Assembly (NCBI GenBank): GCA_041891055.1
Contig: CP169074.1
Location: forward strand, 1,472,001 to 1,536,000
DNA from: Halorutilales archaeon Cl-col2-1
Lineage (GTDB): Archaea; Halobacteriota; Halobacteria; Halobacteriales; Afararchaeaceae
Length of the DNA: 64,000 bases
Direction of reading: 5' to 3'
Of this stretch, positions 41,461-51,344 are shown in pieces. The position numbers and the translations under genes are program-made. Within the stretch, counting starts at the first letter, position 1. Each line of letters starts with the position of its first letter. The notes beneath the pieces were generated by a model. That model had not been told where the DNA came from. It did no database searches and saw only the letters and a program-made list of their open reading frames with translations.

Positions 41461-43116
41461 TTAAGCGGCTCTGAGACGTCCGACGACGAACTCCCTGTCG
41501 AGGGCGGCGAGTAGAGGTCCGAGCTTCGGACCGCTGTCCTGTCCGAGGAATAGCTCGTATCCCGACGAGAAGAAGTCGCCGACTCCTACGTCGTGTCTCC
41601 TCGCGGTCTCGAATATCTCACTCTGTATCTCGTCAGCGGAGTGTCCCTCGTCTATGAAGTCGGCGAGATCCTCGAAGGCGGCGCGGGTACCGTCGTCGAA
41701 CTCTACGTCGGGCTTGTGGTCGAGAACCTCGACGTAGTAGTCGTTGTCGAGACGCCGAGCCCAGTTACGTGCGAGTTCGACACGTTTGAGGACATCGTCG
41801 CGTTGTTGGTGGGTGGCGTCGTCGGGGAGATGTCCCGATCGCCTCAGAACATCGAGTATCGCGTCTTCGTTCTCGGAGACACCGACCATCGCGGCGAAGG
41901 TGTAGGGAACACGTATACGTCTGTTAGAGGCTTCTCGTTTGTCGGAGTCAGAGTCGGTGTGAGTGCCGGAGACAAGTGTCGGGTAGACTCTCTCGGCGAA
42001 GAGCCTCTCCCTGTCGTCGGCGGGGTCTTCGTCTCCGTAATGTATCTCCTCGATCCTGTCGAACTCGTCGACTAACTGGTCTATCTCGGAGACGTTGAAG
42101 TCACGCTGCTTCGTGGGATCGAGCGCGAAGAAGTACTTGAGTACCTCGGGCTCGACGATCTCGAGGAGTTCCTCAACTGTGTAGATGTTGCCCTTGCTCG
42201 CCGACATCTTGTCTCCGTCGACGAGGAAGAACTCGTAGACGAGGGGTTCGGGCGGCTCGTGGTCGAATATCCCGCGCGAGATTGCCTTTCCGCTCTCCCA
42301 CGATCCCTCAGCGTGATCCTTGCCGAAGGGCTCGAAGCCGACGTCGAGTATCTTCCACTGAGCGGGCCACTCGAAACGCCACGGGAGCTTGCCCTCGGTG
42401 AAGGAGACGCGTCCCTCGTGTCCACAGCCTTCGATCTCGTACTTCCCCGCGAGCTCTGTGTCACGGCAGACATATCCGACAGTCTCGTCTTCGAGGTCGA
42501 CGTCTGTGGGTGTCGTGGTTATACGTCCGCAGCTCTCACAGATCGGCATGAAGGGTATGTAGTCGTCGTCGACTGTGCGCTGGTACTCCGAGAGTGTCTC
42601 GCGCGCCTTCTTGACGTCGGAGAGAAGGGTACGTGTGGCGTCTAAGAACTCTCCGTCGGAGTACATCTCGTCGTTCGAGTAGAAGGTAATAGGAACATCG
42701 AGTCTCTCGGCTCCGTCCCTCAAGAGCGATCCGAAATGGTCAGCCCACGAGTCGCAGCATCCGAAGGGATCAGGGACATCGACGTAGGGCTTTCCGAGAT
42801 GCTGCCGAAGCTCGTCCCTCGTCTCGTCGTCGAGTTCTACTATCTCACCGTCTGAGTCTGCGAGCTTATGTGGTATGCTTCTGAGAGGGTCTCTGTCATC
42901 GCGCGTGAAGACCTGTTGGGCTTCTATGTCCTTTTCGCGGAGGGCGTCGGCGACGAAGTATCCGCGGAGAACCTCGTTGAAGTTGCCTATGTGTGGTATT
43001 CCCGACGGCGAGACACCGCCCTTGACGACCGGGTTTCTGTCGTTGTCTATTACGCGGTCAGCCGCCTCGTCAGCCCAGAAACGGGTTTCAGAATGGGTCG
43101 AGTCAGAGTCCGTCAT
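41461..43116 (-). CDS. lysS: Class I lysyl-tRNA synthetase
   Basis: [44 protein letters not shown]. Confidence 0.95.
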   Translation of the reverse strand: MTDSDSTHSETRFWADEAADRVIDNDRNPVVKGGVSPSGIPHIGNFNEVLRGYFVADALREKDIEAQQVFTRDDRDPLRSIPHKLADSDGEIVELDDETRDELRQHLGKPYVDVPDPFGCCDSWADHFGSLLRDGAERLDVPITFYSNDEMYSDGEFLDATRTLLSDVKKARETLSEYQRTVDDDYIPFMPICESCGRITTTPTDVDLEDETVGYVCRDTELAGKYEIEGCGHEGRVSFTEGKLPWRFEWPAQWKILDVGFEPFGKDHAEGSWESGKAISRGIFDHEPPEPLVYEFFLVDGDKMSASKGNIYTVEELLEIVEPEVLKYFFALDPTKQRDFNVSEIDQLVDEFDRIEEIHYGDEDPADDRERLFAERVYPTLVSGTHTDSDSDKREASNRRIRVPYTFAAMVGVSENEDAILDVLRRSGHLPDDATHQQRDDVLKRVELARNWARRLDNDYYVEVLDHKPDVEFDDGTRAAFEDLADFIDEGHSADEIQSEIFETARRHDVGVGDFFSSGYELFLGQDSGPKLGPLLAALDREFVVGRLRAA

Positions 43117-43793
43117 TCGGGAACTACCTCCGTACCTTCGTGTTCGCCTTCGAGTATCGCCCTGCGTAGGTTGTCGGGATCAGTCCCGTCGAGAACGAGA
43201 GTCTTGACGCCGCTTCTCTCGATTATCTTCGCGGCGAGTGCGTCGACGACTGCGCTCGATCCCGCCGAAAGCTCGGTCTGCATCACTATCTCGACGAGCT
43301 TGTGTGGCGGAAGCTCCTCGAACTTCTCGGCGTCTTGGTTGGTGCGGGGATCGGAAGAGTAGACGCCGTCGATGCTCGTGGCATAGACGAGAAGGTCGGC
43401 GTTAGTGTACTCGGAGAAGACCGCGGCGACGGCGTCGGTGGTCTGTCCGGGTGCCATTCCACCCATCACAGGTATCTTGTCGTCGGCGAGTGCGTCCTCT
43501 GCCTCGCGGTAGCTCGTGGGTGGCTCGGGATACGCGAGAGGATCAAGTGCCGAAATCAGGAGGCGGGCGTTTATCCTCGTGATGTCGATTCCGAGGTAGT
43601 CACAGATGGAGTCGTTGGCTCCGAGTTCGCGCGCGACCCCTATGTAGTCACGTGCCGTCTGTCCTCCTCCTGCGACTATGCTGAGGCTGTGTGAGTTGTT
43701 AATCTCCTCAGCCACCCGAGCGAACTCCGAGATACGTTTCGACGACAGCTCGGGGACGAGAACCGAGCCGCCTACCGAGATTACTACGTCCAT
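43113..43793 (-). CDS. pyrH: UMP kinase
   Basis: ISVGGS, GGGQTARDYI, GIDITRINA, PGQTTDAVAA, DGVYSSDP. Confidence 0.93.
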   Translation of the reverse strand: MDVVISVGGSVLVPELSSKRISEFARVAEEINNSHSLSIVAGGGQTARDYIGVARELGANDSICDYLGIDITRINARLLISALDPLAYPEPPTSYREAEDALADDKIPVMGGMAPGQTTDAVAAVFSEYTNADLLVYATSIDGVYSSDPRTNQDAEKFEELPPHKLVEIVMQTELSAGSSAVVDALAAKIIERSGVKTLVLDGTDPDNLRRAILEGEHEGTEVVPE

Positions 43794-43835
43794 GCGCGAG
43801 GTATTGTCTCATTGTGACTTAACCCTTGTTTTGTC

Positions 43836-44354
43836 CTAGTCGTCAGTCGACGGGATAGATATCTGGTAACGTCCGTCCTCCTGGAGGGTTATGACGCGTT
43901 CGTCGTTGTCGTAAAGGTTCATGAGGTTTATCTTGTAGCTCCCGGGCTCGATTATACGTATGCTCTCGAACTGTTCCATGAGCTCCTGACGTAGCTTCTC
44001 CTGCCGTATTCTCTCTCTCTCCTCTTCAGTGACCTCAGTCTTATCCTCTTCAGACTCGGATGTCTGTGAGCGTGATCCTGAGACTCCCTCGTCGGAGCCG
44101 TGGTGGTCGGGCCAGTCACCCGAGTAGTACGACGATCCGGTTTCGTCGGGGTCTTCGGCTGGGGAGGACTGTTTCGGAGACGCCGGGGCTTCTATCATCT
44201 CCGTCTCGTCGTCCGTTTCTTCCTCGTCCTCCCACTTGTCAGTGAGGTCGCCGACGTACCTGAACTTACCACCACCACAGACGGGACAGCCGTCGAGAAC
44301 TTCATCGGTTCCGTCCTCGAAGACCTCGCCGCAGTTTGTGCATTTGTGGGGCAT
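43836..44354 (-). CDS. oapC: Origin-associated Zn-ribbon protein (DUF2072)
   Basis: MPHKCTNCG..GCPVCGG.KF; QFESIRIIEPGSY.INL. Confidence 0.88.
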   Translation of the reverse strand: MPHKCTNCGEVFEDGTDEVLDGCPVCGGGKFRYVGDLTDKWEDEEETDDETEMIEAPASPKQSSPAEDPDETGSSYYSGDWPDHHGSDEGVSGSRSQTSESEEDKTEVTEEERERIRQEKLRQELMEQFESIRIIEPGSYKINLMNLYDNDERVITLQEDGRYQISIPSTDD

Positions 44355-44359
44355 CTTGT

Positions 44360-44737
44360 CTACCCACCCGAGACGAGTGCTGTTATTAGGTCGCTGTCCT
44401 TGTGGAGTGTCTGTATCTGGTTCGCGGGTCCTATTACGGTTAGCTTCGAGGGCTTGTCCCCAAGTATCTTACCGAGTATCCCCTGGCTCGCCTCCTGTTT
44501 GGGGTATGACTCTATCTCTATCCCAGAGAATCCGTCGGGGGAGATCTCCGACATAGTGACCTCTATGAGCTTCGATTCCTCGTCGGGCGTGAGACCCGAC
44601 TCAAGTATGACGATCTTGCCCTCACGGACGCTGTCGAGTATTAAGTTGACCTTCTCTATGCTCGCCATGCCGTCCATCCTCTCGGAGCTTATCATGTCGA
44701 TGGGAACTCCGTCGGAGTCTGTCTCTAGCTCTGGCAT
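44360..44737 (-). CDS. oapB: Origin-associated protein (DUF2073)
   Basis: ILESGLTPDEESKLIE.TM.EI.PDGFSGIEIE, LTVIGPAN. Confidence 0.9.
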   Translation of the reverse strand: MPELETDSDGVPIDMISSERMDGMASIEKVNLILDSVREGKIVILESGLTPDEESKLIEVTMSEISPDGFSGIEIESYPKQEASQGILGKILGDKPSKLTVIGPANQIQTLHKDSDLITALVSGG

Positions 44738-44741
44738 GTCT

Positions 44742-45386
44742 TTAACCTCCGAACTCCTCTGCTATCGTCTCATAGAGGTTGTCTATGTTGTTTCCTTCGA
44801 GACCACTGATACGTACGGTCTCGTGCTGTCGGAACATCTCCTCTATGCGGTTGGGAGACGCGTCTTCGAGGTCGATCTTGTTAGCGACTACGACGACAGG
44901 AAGGCTCCTCTCCTGTATGATACCGTTTAGCATCGAGTTGACCGCCTTATAGGGATCCTGTGTCGAGTCGAGGACGTAGAGGACACCGTCGAGATCCTCC
45001 TTGAGCCAGTGTATCGCCTCGGTGACTCCCTGTGTAGCCTCACGCGCCCTCTCACGAGCGAGATCCTCATCGAGACCGTAGTCGACGAACTCCTCGTACT
45101 CAACCTTCGTCGCAACTCCAGGAGTGTCGACGATGTCAAGAGTGACCTGGTTCCCGTCGTGCTCTATCTTGATGTCCTCCTTACGCGTAGCCTCTCTTGT
45201 CTCGTGTGGGATCTGCGACTCAGCGCCCATCGCGTCGTCGCCCCAGTCCCTGGATATACGGTTCGCGAGGGTCGTCTTCCCCGCATTAGGAGGTCCGTAT
45301 ATACCTATCTTCGCGTTCTTCTCGTCCTCGAAGATACGCGATATAGTACGACTTATACTGTCTCGGATCTCGGAGATTATGCCCAT
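44742..45386 (-). CDS. oapA: Origin-associated Era-like GTP-binding protein
   Basis: IGIYGPPNAGKTTLANRI, PHETR, DTPG, ANKIDL. Confidence 0.9.
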   Translation of the reverse strand: MGIISEIRDSISRTISRIFEDEKNAKIGIYGPPNAGKTTLANRISRDWGDDAMGAESQIPHETREATRKEDIKIEHDGNQVTLDIVDTPGVATKVEYEEFVDYGLDEDLARERAREATQGVTEAIHWLKEDLDGVLYVLDSTQDPYKAVNSMLNGIIQERSLPVVVVANKIDLEDASPNRIEEMFRQHETVRISGLEGNNIDNLYETIAEEFGG

Positions 45387-45513
45387 AGTATCCCCCTGCA
45401 CATGTTATCTCGGTGATAGTACGTCTAGGGTTATATTAAACCTGCGTCAGACACTCGTCAGACGGAGTCATAGGGAATAAGGAAAGAAAGTATGAGGGAC
45501 TGTGACATAGGTA

Positions 45514-45542
45514 CCCCCCCACCCCTTCGTTTCAACTGGAAC
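45514..45542 (-). promoter_or_regulatory. Origin recognition box with G-string
   Basis: Reverse complement GTTCCAGTTGAAACGAAGGGGTGGGGGGG. Confidence 0.92.
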
Positions 45543-46157
45543 CCAGAAAAAGGGTGGTGGGGGGAGAAGAGAGTAAACTCCCGGTATATTTCGTGTCTCG
45601 TCGTGAACCCCACGGGATCACGAGTGGGTTAGCTCCGACAGAATTTATTATAGATACGAAACTAATAAGATTTGGGTCTATTGACAGTAGGTACAATTCA
45701 TTCGAAAACATAATGTTACTAAGATAGAGCTAAGTATTATTCTATCTCAGAGAAAATTACATGAAGACTCTAAGAAATATGATATGAGAGTTCAGAAGAA
45801 ATACTATCTAAATAGAGGAAATAACATCCAAATCTAAGAGTAATTACATGAAGATAGCGCATCAATTACATGTAGATGGTATGTCAGAAAGATAATAAGT
45901 CTATCTGCAGTCTACCGTATTATAAATAATAATTAGTAGTATAAATGTTTTTATGATAAACCCAGTCTTTGATCCCGTTGACTTCGTCACTACTTCTGTC
46001 ACTCCCCTCCTGTTACTTCTTCCCATTCCGCCGAAGACCTCAAACTCCGGTACACCACGCCTTTCCAGATCTTTTTCATGTCTTTCTTAGGTTACACAAA
46101 GGTCTACACAAAGAGTCTCTCACCCTCTTACCCCCACCCCCCACCCCCTCTTTTCGT

Positions 46158-46185
46158 GTTCCAGTTGAAACGAAGGGGTGGGGGG
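46158..46185 (+). promoter_or_regulatory. Origin recognition box with G-string
   Basis: GTTCCAGTTGAAACGAAGGGGTGGGGGG. Confidence 0.93.
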
Positions 46186-46337
46186 TTAGACCGGAGATAC
46201 TCGCGGACGTCCTCAGAAGCTTGGACATCCTCAGAATCCTCTTGGAACGTCCTCGGATCAACTCGCAGGACTTCACTCACAGTCTGTCCGTGGTCAGATC
46301 ACCTTTTTCGAGTCTCTTCGCGGGTCTCTGTCAACTA

Positions 46338-46358
46338 CCCCCATGTTTCAACTGGAAC
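46338..46358 (-). promoter_or_regulatory. Origin recognition box (short G-string)
   Basis: Reverse complement GTTCCAGTTGAAACATGGGGG. Confidence 0.88.
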
Positions 46359-46473
46359 ATAAGCTATATATTGGTCAAGACTAATCTCATTTGAACGGTG
46401 CCTGGCTTGCATCGCTTATCTCAATCTACGACTTCGCAAGCCTCGAAACGTACACGTATCTCGAAGGGAAAGC

Positions 46474-47850
46474 ATGGTAGGCAGTAACGACACGGATTCA
46501 GATGGGACGGATGCCTCGGGTGAGAAGACGGGTTTAGGGGACTCGGATCTCAATAGTCTCGAAAGCATAGTCGACAATGACCTCGTTGACGTCGACGTAG
46601 ACGTGGGTATAGAAGACGAAGCCGACGAGGGTCTCTTCGATGAGCTTCTCGAAGTCGAGCCGATATTCGACAACAAGGAGGTCCTCCGACCCTCTTACAC
46701 CCCCACGAAGCTCCCCCACAGGAACGAACAGATCAACCGGATAGCGACGGTTTTAGTCTCCGCACTCAGGGGGGACACACCTTCGAACCTCCTCATCTAT
46801 GGCAAGACGGGGACGGGTAAGACAGCGAGCGCGAAGTACGTCTCACAGGAGCTCGAAAAGACGAGCCAGAAGTTCGACGTCTCGTGCGACGTCGAGTACA
46901 TAAACTGTGAGGTAGTCGACACACAGTACCGTGTCCTCGCACGTCTCGCGCGGGAGTTCGGACGAGAAGATGTGCCAATGACGGGCTGGCCCACAGACAG
47001 AGTCTACGACGCTTTCTTCGACGCCGTCGACAACGAGGAACGAGTCGTCGTCATAATGCTCGACGAGATAGACAAGCTCGTCGAGAAGAGCGGCGACGAT
47101 ACTCTCTATAACCTGTCGCGCATGAACGCCGACCTCGAAAACGCACGCGTCTCGATAATGGGAATCTCGAACGACATACAGTTCACAGAGCTACTCGACC
47201 CGCGCGTCAAGTCGTCGCTCGGCGAGGAGGAGATAGTCTTCCCGCCTTACAATGCTAACCAGCTTCGTGACATACTCGAACAGCGTGCCGAGATAGCCTT
47301 CAAGCCTGACTCACTCACTGACGACGTGATACCTCTGTGTGCCGCCTTCGCAGCGAAGGAACATGGCGACGCAAGACGCGCACTCGACCTCCTGCGTACT
47401 GCGGGAGAGCTCGCCGAACGTGCCAAGTCGGAGACTGTCGACGAGGATCACGTCAGAGAGGCACAGGAGAAGATCGAGCTCAACCGTGTCGTTGAAGTCG
47501 TCCAGACTCTCCCGACACAGTCGAAGCTCGTCCTCTTCAGCATAATCTCGCTCGCTGAGGAGGGCTCCGAGAAGATGAACACCGGCGAGGTCTACAACAC
47601 CTATAAACGTGTCTCGAACCAGATGGAGATGGACGTCCTGACTCAGAGACGTGTCACTGACCTCATAAGCGAACTCGACATGCTCGGAATAGTCAACGCA
47701 GTCGTCGTCTCGAAGGGACGTTACGGCAGGAGTAAGGAGATTTCGCTCAGCGTTCCGAAGAAGGAGACAAAGAAGGTAATACTCGAGGACTCGCGCCTTG
47801 GATCTCTCAGCGAGGTGTCGACGTCGGCACAGTCACGTCTGGATGACTGA
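46474..47850 (+). CDS. cdc6: Orc1/Cdc6 replication initiator
   Basis: YTP..LPHR, YGKTGTGKT, LDEIDKL, GDARRALDLLR, wHTH ELDMLG..SKGRYGR. Confidence 0.96.
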   Translation: MVGSNDTDSDGTDASGEKTGLGDSDLNSLESIVDNDLVDVDVDVGIEDEADEGLFDELLEVEPIFDNKEVLRPSYTPTKLPHRNEQINRIATVLVSALRGDTPSNLLIYGKTGTGKTASAKYVSQELEKTSQKFDVSCDVEYINCEVVDTQYRVLARLAREFGREDVPMTGWPTDRVYDAFFDAVDNEERVVVIMLDEIDKLVEKSGDDTLYNLSRMNADLENARVSIMGISNDIQFTELLDPRVKSSLGEEEIVFPPYNANQLRDILEQRAEIAFKPDSLTDDVIPLCAAFAAKEHGDARRALDLLRTAGELAERAKSETVDEDHVREAQEKIELNRVVEVVQTLPTQSKLVLFSIISLAEEGSEKMNTGEVYNTYKRVSNQMEMDVLTQRRVTDLISELDMLGIVNAVVVSKGRYGRSKEISLSVPKKETKKVILEDSRLGSLSEVSTSAQSRLDD

Positions 47851-48427
47851 TCGATCCTAAGAGGAGACGTATCCTTCCGAGGTGAGGCACTCTTACCTTC
47901 GCCTTCCCCACAACCCAGTCGGACTTCACGACCTGACTTATTCCGGCTTCCTGGTCGTACATCCTGTTGTTGTCTCCCTTAGTCACGAAGCCCGAGTGCT
48001 GTGCGGTCTGGACGCCGTTACTACCGTTCCACTTCTCACCTTCTTCGACGTACTCTACCGCCCTGTGTATCACTGGTGTCGCCCCGTTTCTTCCGTTTGG
48101 CTGGTAGACTATGACGTCGCCGTAGTTCCCGAATGTCTTGTACCCTGTCTCACTACCCTCGTCGTATGTCACTACTCCGTGTACAGTCTCGGCGTCTTCG
48201 GGGACGAACTTCGAGTCGTCTACGAGGTATATCAGGTCACCCCTGTGCATATGAGGCTCCATGCTTCCGCTCTCTACCGCTACGAGAGGAGGCCAGATTC
48301 CCGCAACAGCCCAAAGGATAACCGCTATTCCGACTACGGCTACTGCTGAGGTCACGAAGTCCTCCACAACCTTTCCGGTCTGCGTCTTCCGAGCCTTCTT
48401 TATCCTCTCTCTCCAGCCATCGTCCAT
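47807..48427 (-). CDS. sec11: Signal peptidase I (S26, Sec11-type)
   Basis: VAVESGSMEP..GD, PVIHRA, VTKGDNN..D. Confidence 0.9.
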   Translation of the reverse strand: MDDGWRERIKKARKTQTGKVVEDFVTSAVAVVGIAVILWAVAGIWPPLVAVESGSMEPHMHRGDLIYLVDDSKFVPEDAETVHGVVTYDEGSETGYKTFGNYGDVIVYQPNGRNGATPVIHRAVEYVEEGEKWNGSNGVQTAQHSGFVTKGDNNRMYDQEAGISQVVKSDWVVGKAKVRVPHLGRIRLLLGSISHPDVTVPTSTPR

Positions 48428-48567
48428 ATACGACGTAAGTAATAGCTCCGTATTACTGTTTCCACTCGTTAGCGGACACCGACACGCCGACTCAGACACC
48501 GCTGAAGATACAGCCCGAGACTACTGACACAAGCTATATGACTCAGTGACGACCTACTCTAAACCAC

Positions 48568-50094
48568 ATGGGAACATCGTCGGAACACGACGCAGATACT
48601 TCTCTAAATACTGAGATCGTGGATGCTCTCGCCGAGAGAGGTCTCAACGCGACCCCTGACGCACTCAAGGCTATCGCGGAGTCCGACTCGCCCCACGAGA
48701 CGGTCGACCTAGTCTCCGAGGAAGTCGACGAACCCGTGGTCACCGTCCACCACATCGCCAACCTCACTGGTACTTCCTCACACGACCCCTCTGTTTCGTC
48801 TGGAAACGCGGATTCATCGACATCGACAGAGAGAAGTAACGCGACTCACACGGAGACAGTCTCCGATACTTCCTCCTCGAACTCCGTCTCCCGAAGACCC
48901 GACTCCGAGAGGTATGTCTCGGTCAAGGACACTATAACAGGAAACTCGACTACGACGGGTGAAATCGACGACTTCGTGGGTCTCTTCCGTGACCGTTACG
49001 AGAAGCTATCGGGGATTCTCAGAAAACGTCTCTCACCCCGGACTGTCGAGTCGTTGTCGTCGCGTGGTGGCGGAGGCGATGAAGTCGAACTCGTCGGGAT
49101 GGTCAACGACATACGTTCGACGTCGTCCGGGAACACACTCGTCATACTCGAAGACACCACGGGTGAGATGCGTGTCCTACTCTCGGACGACCTCTCCGAC
49201 GAGGCTCAGAGACTCGTGGTCGACGAGGTCGTGGGGGTCAGGGGACGTCTCTCCGACGACGCCGGTATAGTCTTCGCTGACTCTCTCCATTATCCCGATG
49301 TCCCTCCGAGACGTGAGCCCAACACGGCTGACCTCAACACGGACGTCAAAGCCGCCCTCATCAGCGACATACATTTCGGCTCCGACGCCTTCCTCCGTGA
49401 TAAGTGGGATGAATTCACCGACTGGCTACATTCTCAGCCCGAGATTGAGTACGTATTAGTCGCGGGTGACCTCGTCGAGGGTGTCGGAGTCTACCCTGGA
49501 CAGGACGACGAGCTAACCACGGTCGACCTCTACGAGCAGTACGAGAACTGCGCCGACGGGTTCCGTCAGATACCCGACGACATAGACGTTATCACTATAC
49601 CCGGAAACCATGACTCCGTACGTCTCGCAGAGCCTCAGCCCGCTCTTCCCGACGAGTTCAGAGAGCCCTTCGCCGAAAACGTCGAGTTCTACGGAAACCC
49701 ATCGACCGTCGATCTCGAAGGAGTCAAGGTGTTGATGTACCACGGCATGTCGCTCAACCCCTTCGTCGAGAAGACACCCGGGGCGGAGATAGAGAGTCCC
49801 GAGACTGCGATGATACCCATCATAAAGAAGAGACATCTTGCTCCTATGTACGGCGACGTACGTCTCTCGCCCGAAACTACGGATCACCTCGTTATAGACG
49901 AGATACCCGACATAATCCACGCCGGACACGTTCACACGGTTGGAGTCGACAGGTACCGCTCTGTCACACTTCTTAATTCGGGGGCGTGGCAGGGACAGAC
50001 GGAGTACCAGAAGTCGATGAACATACAGCCCGACCCCGGTATCGCACCCATAATCGACCTCAACAGCCTCGAAGTCACACTAAGACAGTTTTAA
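48568..50094 (+). CDS. polD1: DNA polymerase D small (exonuclease) subunit DP1
   Basis: FRDRYEKL, ISDIHFGS, AGDLVEGVGVYPGQ, PGNHD, YHG, RHLAP, GHVH, WQGQT. Confidence 0.95.
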   Translation: MGTSSEHDADTSLNTEIVDALAERGLNATPDALKAIAESDSPHETVDLVSEEVDEPVVTVHHIANLTGTSSHDPSVSSGNADSSTSTERSNATHTETVSDTSSSNSVSRRPDSERYVSVKDTITGNSTTTGEIDDFVGLFRDRYEKLSGILRKRLSPRTVESLSSRGGGGDEVELVGMVNDIRSTSSGNTLVILEDTTGEMRVLLSDDLSDEAQRLVVDEVVGVRGRLSDDAGIVFADSLHYPDVPPRREPNTADLNTDVKAALISDIHFGSDAFLRDKWDEFTDWLHSQPEIEYVLVAGDLVEGVGVYPGQDDELTTVDLYEQYENCADGFRQIPDDIDVITIPGNHDSVRLAEPQPALPDEFREPFAENVEFYGNPSTVDLEGVKVLMYHGMSLNPFVEKTPGAEIESPETAMIPIIKKRHLAPMYGDVRLSPETTDHLVIDEIPDIIHAGHVHTVGVDRYRSVTLLNSGAWQGQTEYQKSMNIQPDPGIAPIIDLNSLEVTLRQF

Positions 50095-50142
50095 CGAACA
50101 GTTTTTATTATCTGTGTTCGAACTTGACAGTAGGTAGTAATC

Positions 50143-51285
50143 ATGTTAGAGAACGAGCCCGTAAAACGGGTGGGTCTTGACAACATCGTCGTAGCCGACT
50201 CTACCATAACCTACATCGACGGTGAGAAGCCCGAGCTGATATACAGGGGCTACGACGTTCAGGATCTCGCCGAGAGATCGACCTACGAGGAGGTGGTCTA
50301 TCTTCTCTGGTTCGGCGAGCTTCCGACCTCCGAAGAGCTCGAAGAGTTCAAGTCGGATCTAGTCGAGAGACGCCGTCTTTCCGACGAGACGATGGAGATA
50401 CTCGAAATAATATCCGGAGACGGAAATCCGATGGAGGTTCTGAGGACGGCTGTGTCGTCGCTGCCTGCGTCGGCGGAGTTCTCGGTAGACACATCCGAGG
50501 CGTCGCGCGACGAGTTCCTCGAACTCGGAAAGTCACTCGTGGCTAAGATACCCACCATAATCGCCAACTACGAACGTCTCAGCCGTGGACTCGACACCGT
50601 CGAGCCCCGGGACGACCTCGACCACTCAGCCAACTTCCTCTACATGCTCGACGGAGACAACGACGAGCCCTCCGACGACCGCGTCGACATACTTGATGCC
50701 GCCCTCGTACTCCACGCTGACCACGGCATGAACGCCTCGACGTTTACGTCGCGCGTCATAACCTCTACGGGCTCTGACCCCTATTCGGCGATAGTCGGTG
50801 CGATCTCGGCACTCAAGGGATACAAACACGGAGGCGCGAACCAGGACGTGATGGAGATGCTCGACTCGATAGAAGGTGACCCCGTCGAACACGTCGAGAC
50901 GATGCTCGATGAAGGAGAACGTGTCCCCGGATTCGGACACCGCGTCTACCAGACTATGGATCCCCGTGGCGTAGTTCTCAAGGAGATGTCGCGTCGTCTC
51001 TCCGAGACATGGGAAGGTCCTGACTACTACGGGATGTCGACACAGATACAGGAGTACATGGAGTCGGAGAAAGGAATAGCTCCTAACGTCGACTTCTACT
51101 CCGCGAGCACTTACAGATGTCTCGGGATACCCACACATCTCTTTACCCCAATGTTCGCGATGGGACGTATTGCGGGATGGATGGCTCAGGTTCTCGAACA
51201 GAAGGAGGACAACCGTCTCATACGTCCGACGGCGGACTACAAGGGCAAGAGAGATAGAGAGTACGTTCCAATAGAGGAGAGATAG
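50143..51285 (+). CDS. Citrate synthase (citrate/2-methylcitrate synthase family)
   Basis: LIYRGY, HADHGMNASTF, HGGAN, GFGHRVY..DPR, PNVDFYS, R.AGW.A. Confidence 0.9.
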   Translation: MLENEPVKRVGLDNIVVADSTITYIDGEKPELIYRGYDVQDLAERSTYEEVVYLLWFGELPTSEELEEFKSDLVERRRLSDETMEILEIISGDGNPMEVLRTAVSSLPASAEFSVDTSEASRDEFLELGKSLVAKIPTIIANYERLSRGLDTVEPRDDLDHSANFLYMLDGDNDEPSDDRVDILDAALVLHADHGMNASTFTSRVITSTGSDPYSAIVGAISALKGYKHGGANQDVMEMLDSIEGDPVEHVETMLDEGERVPGFGHRVYQTMDPRGVVLKEMSRRLSETWEGPDYYGMSTQIQEYMESEKGIAPNVDFYSASTYRCLGIPTHLFTPMFAMGRIAGWMAQVLEQKEDNRLIRPTADYKGKRDREYVPIEER

Positions 51286-51344
51286 GAGTAGTTAGTCTTC
51301 TTTCTTCTTCTACTACCTACCTACCTACTCATCCACTTTCTACT

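Larger units (their letters stand above)
45402..46473. other. oriC: Chromosomal replication origin oriC1
   Basis: About 1 kb non-coding gap between divergent oapA and orc1/cdc6, three ORBs with G-strings, AT-rich stretch at about 45640-45970. Confidence 0.93.

Noticed and set aside
45969-46676. ORFs overlapping the origin region
   Set aside because: Non-acidic, no recognisable motifs, and overlapping ORBs or antisense to cdc6; treated as spurious
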